Below, piece by piece: positions 53,637 to 61,086 of a DNA stretch of 64,000 nt. The DNA is from a virus: positions 1 through 64,000 of the IMG/VR virus record IMGVR_UViG_3300037608_000032; one strand, 5' to 3'. The notes below the pieces were generated by a model that ran no database searches, was not told where the DNA came from, and saw nothing but the letters and a program-made list of their open reading frames with translations. The position numbers and the translations under genes are program-made. Numbering within the stretch: the first letter of the stretch is position 1; the number at the start of each line of letters is the position of its first letter.

Positions 53637-56615
53637 ATGCCCCTTCCCGTAGATCAGGCTCACGATGTCCTGGTCATCATCCCCACCGTCGCCGTGCCCC
53701 GCGTGCTTGTGCCGGCATTCCAGAAGCTCTGCACGACCCTGGACGGGCTACGGGTCCACGTCGTCCTGGCGGCCAACCCAAAGGACTCGGAAGCCGCTGG
53801 GGTAGCCCTTGATGAGTGCATCCGGATCTGGCGGTCCTACGACCCCGCTGAGTGCCACCTCACGACCTACAACCACGGCGCGCTCGCAGGCTTTGGGGGA
53901 GCTATCAACCTCGGCCTGCGGGCAGTCCTTGGGGACCTGTCCAACGCCTGCACCGTGACCAAGACCTCCGGGGAATGCGGCGTGTTCTGGGGTGTGCCCC
54001 GCCTGACGGTCGTCTACAACGACGACCTTGTCGCAACGCCGGGATGGATCCAGGGCCTGCTACGAGCCCTCGACTCCGAGACGGTGTGCGAGTGGTCGGA
54101 GCTTCCGACCCAGGACCCCGGGACCAAGGGCTACACCCGCCCGATCCGTCGGATGGCCGACTACGGCAAAGTGGGGCTCGTAGGGCCCGCCTCGAACAAC
54201 GCGGCGGGAATCCAGGGCCAATGCCAGGCCACGCTGAAGCAGATTCAGGACAAGGGCTACGACCACTTCGCCGGGGAATGGGCGGAACAGAACGAGGGCA
54301 ACGTCTTGACCGCTACCTTCCTGTCGGGCTTCTGCCTCGGTATCACGCGGGAGTGCATGGAGGCCCTGACCGTCTACTCCGGCGATGGCGAGTTCTCCTG
54401 GCTCTTCGACGAACGGTTCAAGGTCGCTGGCTACGAGGACAACGACCTGTGCATGCGTGCGGACCTTGCAGGGTTCCGTGCGGTAGTCGCTGGGGATGTC
54501 TTCGTGCCTCACATCGGACACCAGACTTTCGACGCCAGCTTCCCGGAGATGCGGCGTGGATTGGCAAATCGCCTCACCTACTACGACAAGTGGCGCGAGT
54601 GGGTCCAGGACCATGGACGGCGCACCGTGGCGGCCTACCGAGTGCGGTTCGACGTACCAGGGGACCTGGGGCTCTTTCGGGAGTCCCTCCGGCGATGTGC
54701 CTCCCTGGTTGATGGCGTGGCGGTGCTGCTGACCGGCAACCCGGCGGCGGTGCTCGACTCGGCAGAGTTCAAGTCGGCGGGCATGACCGCAGATAGTGAC
54801 TTGCACCTGTGCCAACTTTGTGCAGCCAAGCCGGGGAACGCTCACGCCTATGTCTACGCCTGGGTTTCGCAGGTGCTCTACAAGACGGCGGGCTCGCGGT
54901 TCAGCCAGCCGAAGGTCGTCGAAGACGTCTTCGTAAAGGCCTCGGACTGGACGGCCCCGATGAACGAGCGAGACGAGCGCAACGTCCTCCTGGCGATGGC
55001 CGAGTCTATCAAGGCGGACTGGGTGCTCTCCATCGATCACGATGAGGTCCTCGAACCCCGCCTCACCCGTGCTCATGTCGAGCGCATGATGCTTCACCCT
55101 GACCCCTTGGTCCAGTGCTGGGACCTGGCCTTCGTCAACCACTGGGAGAATCCCCGCATGTACCGCGTGGACCGGCCTTGGGGAGACGGCGGAACGTGGA
55201 CGGGCGGGATGCGAGGATACCGGTTCTATCGGGTCAACCACGCGGCCCCTCGTCGGATTCTCGCAGGGGGTCATGCCGGCTTGCACTGCGGCAACACCCC
55301 CGGAGTGGACCTGATGGCCAAGCGGGTTTCTGGGGTGCGTTTCAGGCACTTCGGCTACATGAATTCCCGAGATCGATTCCGGAAAGAACGACGGTACAAC
55401 GTCCAGGACCCGACCCCTGACCCGCTCTTGGTCGGTGGCACGTCCTACGCCCACATCACGCGGGACGAAGCCATGGTGCTCTCCGCGTTCGTGCCCGAAA
55501 ACGGGATCGGGCTCCACATGCTCATGCACGAGGGGGAGTCTGCGGACGACCTCGGACGGCTGTTGGATGGTCTCTACGCGGTAATGGACCGGGTGGTGCT
55601 CGTGTGGACGGGGAAGTGGCTGAACGGAGACAAGGAGTGGCTCGTTCACCCCGGCGATGTCAACATCGGGGACCCGGCGATTCTCGAAGACGCGGGATAC
55701 TGGCCGATGTCGGGCCCCTCGGAAGCCGTCGCCAAGATGGCCGCGCACTTCGGGTGCGAGTGGCTTCATCATCCGTTGGCAGACGACCTCGGAGCGGCTC
55801 GCAACGCGGGGCTGGACGCTCTCCAGGGCACGCCTGGCATGGGTTGGGCCGTGTTCTTCGACCCTGACGAGCACGTTCCCCCACAGGCTCCCGTGGTCCT
55901 GCGACGGATGGCGGAAGCCGGGGACTGCTGGGGATGGATGTTCCGGTTCCGGAACACCTACCAGGACGGCACGGCCAATCAGTCAGAATCGGTTCGGATG
56001 TCCAGGCTGGATCCTGACCAGCGCATGCGCGTTCACGGGCGCGTGCATGAGGGCTTCTCGCGTGCGGTGCGCCAGCTCGTAGACGACGGGTTCGGCTCAG
56101 TGCTTCGGGTCTGCCCGTTCATCGTCGCCAACACCGGGCTCTCAAAGGACCCGGAAGAGATCCAGGCGAAGTTCGACCGTTACCGGCGACTCACCGAGCT
56201 TCAGCTTCAAGAAGACCCGAAGGACCCTGGCGCATGGGTCACGCTCGGGTTGTACTGGGCAAACGAGGGATGTCATGACACGGCTGCGGAATGCTTCTCG
56301 CGCGGGGTGCTGTGCGCCGACAAGGAATACCTGCCCTTCCAGGAGCTTGGGCTTCACCTGCTCCGCCAGGCCCGAGACATGTTCGCGGAAGCCGTGGAGC
56401 GGATGTCGGGGCATCAGATGCAGGCCCCCTGGCAGGCAGTGGTGGACTTCGCAGACAAGGCGGCCCCACCCATGAAAATCATGGGCACCGTCGGGGAATT
56501 CTGGCACCGGGCATGGTCGGACGGAGAGGCCATGAAGACCTTGCCTGGATCCGAGCGACGTACCAGGATGGTCGATGGCGTGGAGTATCCAGACCTGACC
56601 GACCCCCGCGATTAG
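53637..56615 (+). CDS. multi-domain glycosyltransferase (three GT2-like domains + TPR)
   Basis: VYNDD..GFCL..FDERF..YEDNDLC; WVLSIDHDE..HFGY; ARNAGL..FFDPDE..GRVHE; TPR-like DPKDPGAWVTLG..AAECF. Confidence 0.88.
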   Translation: MPLPVDQAHDVLVIIPTVAVPRVLVPAFQKLCTTLDGLRVHVVLAANPKDSEAAGVALDECIRIWRSYDPAECHLTTYNHGALAGFGGAINLGLRAVLGDLSNACTVTKTSGECGVFWGVPRLTVVYNDDLVATPGWIQGLLRALDSETVCEWSELPTQDPGTKGYTRPIRRMADYGKVGLVGPASNNAAGIQGQCQATLKQIQDKGYDHFAGEWAEQNEGNVLTATFLSGFCLGITRECMEALTVYSGDGEFSWLFDERFKVAGYEDNDLCMRADLAGFRAVVAGDVFVPHIGHQTFDASFPEMRRGLANRLTYYDKWREWVQDHGRRTVAAYRVRFDVPGDLGLFRESLRRCASLVDGVAVLLTGNPAAVLDSAEFKSAGMTADSDLHLCQLCAAKPGNAHAYVYAWVSQVLYKTAGSRFSQPKVVEDVFVKASDWTAPMNERDERNVLLAMAESIKADWVLSIDHDEVLEPRLTRAHVERMMLHPDPLVQCWDLAFVNHWENPRMYRVDRPWGDGGTWTGGMRGYRFYRVNHAAPRRILAGGHAGLHCGNTPGVDLMAKRVSGVRFRHFGYMNSRDRFRKERRYNVQDPTPDPLLVGGTSYAHITRDEAMVLSAFVPENGIGLHMLMHEGESADDLGRLLDGLYAVMDRVVLVWTGKWLNGDKEWLVHPGDVNIGDPAILEDAGYWPMSGPSEAVAKMAAHFGCEWLHHPLADDLGAARNAGLDALQGTPGMGWAVFFDPDEHVPPQAPVVLRRMAEAGDCWGWMFRFRNTYQDGTANQSESVRMSRLDPDQRMRVHGRVHEGFSRAVRQLVDDGFGSVLRVCPFIVANTGLSKDPEEIQAKFDRYRRLTELQLQEDPKDPGAWVTLGLYWANEGCHDTAAECFSRGVLCADKEYLPFQELGLHLLRQARDMFAEAVERMSGHQMQAPWQAVVDFADKAAPPMKIMGTVGEFWHRAWSDGEAMKTLPGSERRTRMVDGVEYPDLTDPRD

Positions 56616-56695
56616 TCCGTTACACCTGCACCGACTTATCGGGGCTGCGTCCTCGGACGTGGCCCTTCCCCTTTCCTGCGTGGTAGATTCTGGCC

Positions 56696-57295
56696 ATGAG
56701 ATTCGACACGGCCAGCCTCCAGTTCACCTTGATCGCCTTGGACCACTCCACGATGGCGATTCAACAGGCTGGTGAAGATGCCGTCCAGGCGGCCGGTGAA
56801 GTGCTCTTGCGCGAGTGCAAGAAGGCCGTGGGGCTTCGTGACCACTCGTTGACAGACCTGGCCAAGATGGACCACCCCTATGCCCGTCGGCACGGGTCTA
56901 TCCGAGTCCACACCGAGGCCCCCTGGCAGGTTCACCGCAAGCCCAGCCCGTTCAACGCCAAGCACCGAAACCAGACGGACACGCTCTACCGAGCGACCCA
57001 GGGGGCCTACTACCTGGCGAACGGACGGCCGATGTACGAGGTCAGGTTCAACCTCAACGACGCCCCGCACGCGCGCTTCGTGGTGGGCGGGACTCGCGTG
57101 ATGCTTCCGAGAGACCCGCTCTGGATAACGGCCAACGACCCCAAGGTCCGCAAAGCCCTGATGGTCGGGATCATAAGGCGGCTCGGCAAGGAGCTCCGGA
57201 CGAAGCTCGGGGTGAGGTTCGGCACGATGCCTGCCACGTCCACCCGCACAACCAGGGGCTTCGGTGGCCACGTCGGGTCAACGGGTGTAAGGTAG
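56696..57295 (+). CDS. neck/tail completion protein (HK97 gp10-like)
   Basis: APHARFVVGGTRVMLPRDPL; position before tail terminator. Confidence 0.7.
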   Translation: MRFDTASLQFTLIALDHSTMAIQQAGEDAVQAAGEVLLRECKKAVGLRDHSLTDLAKMDHPYARRHGSIRVHTEAPWQVHRKPSPFNAKHRNQTDTLYRATQGAYYLANGRPMYEVRFNLNDAPHARFVVGGTRVMLPRDPLWITANDPKVRKALMVGIIRRLGKELRTKLGVRFGTMPATSTRTTRGFGGHVGSTGVR

Positions 57296-57315
57296 CGACA
57301 TCGCCGGAGTAGTCC

Positions 57316-57750
57316 ATGATCAACATCGCCCACGCCAAGCAGCTCGTCCGCCAGCTCCTGCTGAACACCCCGGCGGTGCAGGCGCTGGTAGGTGGGCACG
57401 TCTACGGAGCACACCCCCAGGACTCGGACGCCCCGGCCATCCCGATGCCGTGCGTCATCACCGACGTGCAGGGCGGGTCGTCGAACTACTGCGGTGGGAT
57501 CCAGACCCTCTCCATGGATGTCTACGCCTACTCGCGGACGTCTCCAGATGAAGCCGACGCGGTGTATCAGCTCGTCTACGCCACGATGCACGCGGCCCGA
57601 CTCGTCAACGCTACCACTCTGGCAGGCGGTGCCAAGGCGAACTCGCAAGCCGGCGGGGCTCGGGAAGTCTCAAGGCCCGTCAACGGGTGGAACGAGGCCG
57701 TGTCGGCCTGGTACTCGCTCGGGAAGTGGGTAGTGGTCACGGCCGGGTGA
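57316..57750 (+). CDS. tail terminator (DUF3168-like)
   Basis: LL..PAVQALVGGHVY..P, MPCV, MDVYA. Confidence 0.75.
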   Translation: MINIAHAKQLVRQLLLNTPAVQALVGGHVYGAHPQDSDAPAIPMPCVITDVQGGSSNYCGGIQTLSMDVYAYSRTSPDEADAVYQLVYATMHAARLVNATTLAGGAKANSQAGGAREVSRPVNGWNEAVSAWYSLGKWVVVTAG

Positions 57751-57769
57751 CCCGGCAAGGACGGACAGG

Positions 57770-57973
57770 ATGAAAACGATCCCAGGAATCAGGATGCGCG
57801 GCGGGTGCGACGGAGACAAGACGGTGCGCGTGGTCTGCGGGGAGTGCCACGAAATCGGGTACGTGCTCCCGGCGGGCGAGCGCCTGTCGAAAGCCCAGAA
57901 CGCCATCGAGCGGACCGTGGCTTGCTCGGCTTGCGGCAAGGACCTCAAGGTGTGCGTGGTGGCGAATGGGTAA
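57770..57973 (+). CDS. small zinc-ribbon protein
   Basis: CGEC..CSAC. Confidence 0.6.
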   Translation: MKTIPGIRMRGGCDGDKTVRVVCGECHEIGYVLPAGERLSKAQNAIERTVACSACGKDLKVCVVANG

Positions 57974-58508
57974 CGGGGCGCGGGTTCAGGTCCCTCCGGC
58001 GATGCGGGATGTCATCGAGGCAATCCTGGCCGACCGGGACTCTGCCTTGTCCGCCCGACTGGCGGCGATGGAAGACGATTTGTCGAGGGCGTCGAAGATC
58101 ATCACGGGCTTGATGCGCGAGAAGCACCTGTCCCTCGGACAGGACGACGAAGTCCCCCAAGAACCCGTGGACAAGGTCTGGTGCTGCCAGAAGTGCGGCT
58201 CGCAGCAAGGGTACTACGACGAAGCCAACGACGTGTTGAGGGTCCGCTACAAGGAGCACGTCGTCCACGTCCACACCGGGATCGGTGGGTGGATCCGGCT
58301 GGTCTGCCGGAAGTGCGGGGAGTTGAACGTCTTGGAGTATGCGCCCTCGGTGACCGAGGTAGACGGCGGGCTCCCGGAGGTCTCTGTGTCAGGCGACCGG
58401 CTGGTGCTTGACGAGCCCCTCCTGGCAGAGCTGCAAGACATCGTGCGCCGCGGAAACGGTACGGCGACGGTCAAGTTGACCCAGGCTCCCGAGCCCTCCC
58501 CGCAATAG
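57966..58508 (+). CDS. zinc-ribbon protein
   Basis: CQKCG..IRLVCRKCGELN. Confidence 0.7.
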   Translation: MGNGARVQVPPAMRDVIEAILADRDSALSARLAAMEDDLSRASKIITGLMREKHLSLGQDDEVPQEPVDKVWCCQKCGSQQGYYDEANDVLRVRYKEHVVHVHTGIGGWIRLVCRKCGELNVLEYAPSVTEVDGGLPEVSVSGDRLVLDEPLLAELQDIVRRGNGTATVKLTQAPEPSPQ

Positions 58509-58592
58509 GTGCTTGCACCTGTAGCCGGGTAGTGATACCGTCGGAGGTAGACGCCCGAGAGGCGCATTCCACCCCCACACGCAGGAATCACT

Positions 58593-59147
58593 ATGCCTCT
58601 CAATGTTCCGAATTTCACGACCTCCAAGTTCTCCTTCGGCCCTGGCGTGCTGTACCTCGGTGCGGCCGGCACGACTCCCACCGTTGACGTCGGTGGCATC
58701 ACCGAAGACGGCATCAAGGTCGCCATGATGTCCAAGAAAAAGGACATTCACCAGGGCAATCCGAAGCTCGTCTGCTACACCTTCAACCAGGAACAGGGGA
58801 TGGAGATCGAGCTCTCGGGTATCGAGTGGAACTTCGACTCCCTGGCCTACGCTCTCGGAGCCGGCAACACGACCGTGTCGGGCACCGAAGAGACCTTCGC
58901 CTTCGGCGGCGACCCCCTGTGCCAGACCGTGGCAATCAGGATCGTTCACCAGATGGCCACGTCGGGCCACACGATGCTCGCCTACGTCTGGCAGGCCGTC
59001 AGCAACGGCGACCTGGAGCTGACCTTCGGCCATGACGAGCACAAGTTCCCGATGAAGTGGAAGGCGCAGCGCTGTACCACAAACTGGGCCGGTGCCACGC
59101 TCCCCTACGATGAGCAGCTCGGACTGCTGGTCGAGCAGATCGCGTAG
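58593..59147 (+). CDS. major tail tube protein
   Basis: FGPGVLY..DVGGITEDG, LELTF; biased codons; followed by terminator. Confidence 0.85.
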   Translation: MPLNVPNFTTSKFSFGPGVLYLGAAGTTPTVDVGGITEDGIKVAMMSKKKDIHQGNPKLVCYTFNQEQGMEIELSGIEWNFDSLAYALGAGNTTVSGTEETFAFGGDPLCQTVAIRIVHQMATSGHTMLAYVWQAVSNGDLELTFGHDEHKFPMKWKAQRCTTNWAGATLPYDEQLGLLVEQIA

Positions 59148-59164
59148 CTCGTCCTTTCCCGACC

Positions 59165-59204
59165 AAGGGCCTTGGGGTATCATGCCTACAGGCCCTTTTC
59201 TTTT
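59165..59204 (+). terminator. intrinsic terminator
   Basis: AGGGCCT..AGGCCCT then TTTCTTTT. Confidence 0.75.
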
Positions 59205-59211
59205 CTGGAGA

Positions 59212-60006
59212 ATGAACATGGACTGGACTGAAAAGTGGGTAGACGCCCTGACGAAAGACGGCGTGAACGTACGAGACCTTCGCGGGGTGCTGCCCCACAA
59301 GACCGATACAGAGTTCATGCGGCGGGACCCGGTGAAACTCCACGGGATGACTCTTCATCACGCGGCGATCCGGGGAAACACCGAGAAAGACCTCGTCAGT
59401 ATCGCCCGATACCATGTCGGGCCCAACCACATCGCCGGGGGAGGCTGTCCGGGGCTCTGCTACACCGGGGCGGTGCTCGGAGATGGGACCTTCTGCCTGG
59501 CCTGGAACTTGAACGTGACGACGTGGTCTCAGGGAGACGGGAATTCCAAGCACCTTGGGATCCTGGTGCTCGGAGACTTCTACTCCCCGTCGAACCCTAC
59601 CGGCTTCGACCCTACCCCTCCCCAGTGGGATAGTTGCTTGCAGGTGTGGCGTACTTCTGCGCAGGTCTTCGGGTGGTCGAAGAACCAGCTCTTCGGGCAC
59701 TTCGACTTCGGGAAGCCGGCGTGCCCAGGTGACACGCTTCGGAACCTTGTCATGGACATCCGGGAAGGAATCGAGCCTGAAAAGATGGTTCTCCTACCCG
59801 ACCTCGGGATGGACCTCCCGTCAACGGCACGGCACCAGAAGGCCCTGGAGATGCTCGGCTTCTCACCCGGCGCTGTAGACGGTATCTGGGGACCGATGTC
59901 CAAGGCGGCGCTGGCGCGGTTCCAGGCGTCCGCCGGGCTTCCCGTGGACGGCGTGTGGGGAGCGAACACCCAGCGGGCCATCGACGCGGCTCTGAAGAAT
60001 CTGTGA
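59212..60006 (+). CDS. endolysin: amidase-2 + peptidoglycan-binding domain
   Basis: TLHHA, IARYH, FGHFDF..ACPG; DGIWGP..FQ..GLPVDGVWG. Confidence 0.9.
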   Translation: MNMDWTEKWVDALTKDGVNVRDLRGVLPHKTDTEFMRRDPVKLHGMTLHHAAIRGNTEKDLVSIARYHVGPNHIAGGGCPGLCYTGAVLGDGTFCLAWNLNVTTWSQGDGNSKHLGILVLGDFYSPSNPTGFDPTPPQWDSCLQVWRTSAQVFGWSKNQLFGHFDFGKPACPGDTLRNLVMDIREGIEPEKMVLLPDLGMDLPSTARHQKALEMLGFSPGAVDGIWGPMSKAALARFQASAGLPVDGVWGANTQRAIDAALKNL

Positions 60007-60128
60007 CCACGGGCCCCGTCACCGTCGAAGCTGACCAGCCTCCGCTACCCCGGCGGCGGGTGCTCGTGGTCTTGCGGGTGGGCAGGGCCGTAGAGACGGG
60101 CTACTACCGAGGCAGGAGGCTAACCACC

Positions 60129-60674
60129 ATGGCCGAAAAGACCGAAGTCAAGACCCCTTCCCCGATGCTCCCCGCAACGTCCGCCGACTGGCAGGACTTG
60201 TTGGAGCGCATGTTTCCGTCCGGCGTTCACACCCTGCACGACCTCAGTGGGAACGCCTACGAGGTGCGGACGGTGCTCTCTGCGAGACGAGAGACCGAGC
60301 TTCTGCGGGTGCTCTCCAAGGTGGCAGAGCTGCCCGTGGGCGACTGGACTCAAGGCATGAAGACCGCGGGAGCTACACCCCAGGAGACCATTACGGGGCT
60401 GGTAGCGGTGCTCGCGCGGGTGACTTCTGATTCGCGGGCCCTCGACTTGCTCGACGAAGCCTTCTGCCTTGTGTTCCGGCCGGTGGTTGACCGGGCCCTT
60501 GCCGCGTGCTCGGACCTGACCGAGGGCCTCGACAAGCCCTCTGCTGTGGACGTCTTCGACACCGTGGAGATGGTACAGGCCCTCCTCCCTTTCGGCGCGA
60601 GGGCGGCCGTGAAGGTGATGCGGCTGGTCCAGACGGCGCGAGCCAAGACCGCGAGTTCTCCCCTCGTGAACTGA
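60129..60674 (+). CDS. tail assembly chaperone (gpG-like)
   Basis: AGGAGG RBS; position before tape measure; slippery site at 60587. Confidence 0.75.
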   Translation: MAEKTEVKTPSPMLPATSADWQDLLERMFPSGVHTLHDLSGNAYEVRTVLSARRETELLRVLSKVAELPVGDWTQGMKTAGATPQETITGLVAVLARVTSDSRALDLLDEAFCLVFRPVVDRALAACSDLTEGLDKPSAVDVFDTVEMVQALLPFGARAAVKVMRLVQTARAKTASSPLVN

Positions 60675-61012
60675 AGCAGGCGCTCGGAATCGTCTTCACT
60701 TCCGGGCATGACTTGGAGGTTCTTGACCGATGGTCATGGGAGCAGGTGCAACTCGTTGCCGAGTGCATCGCCCTGCACAAGGTCCAGCAGCTTGAGATGA
60801 TTCTCGGGCCCATCGCTACCGGGCTTGGAGCCGAGTATAAGTCCTCGCAGGTGCGAGAGACTACCCGACGCCAACCCGGCGATGCGAAGCGACGGACGAC
60901 GCTGAATCGAGAAGACCCGGCGGCCATCAAGCGGGCTCAACAGCGGGACGCCGCGATCATAATGGCGGCGAAGTCCAACGCCAACGGCTTCAGGTTCAAA
61001 GTCGAAGGGTAG
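60587..61012 (+). CDS. tail assembly chaperone -1 frameshift extension (gpT-like)
   Basis: C CCT TTC heptamer at 60587-60593; the -1 frame is open to 61012 with LDRWSWEQV. Confidence 0.7.
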   Translation, partial: PFRREGGREGDAAGPDGASQDREFSPRELKQALGIVFTSGHDLEVLDRWSWEQVQLVAECIALHKVQQLEMILGPIATGLGAEYKSSQVRETTRRQPGDAKRRTTLNREDPAAIKRAQQRDAAIIMAAKSNANGFRFKVEG

Positions 61013-61086
61013 GTCGAGCCAGCTAGATCCGATCAGGTGCGACCGACAAGATCGGATAGACTGGGGGCATCCTCAAGGAGCCCCTC

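Noticed and set aside
2334-61042. Frequent GCAGGTG/CACCTG words, some intergenic
   Set aside because: Largely explained by common codon pairs (Gln-Val, His-Leu); no fixed position or flanking consensus that I could support by eye.
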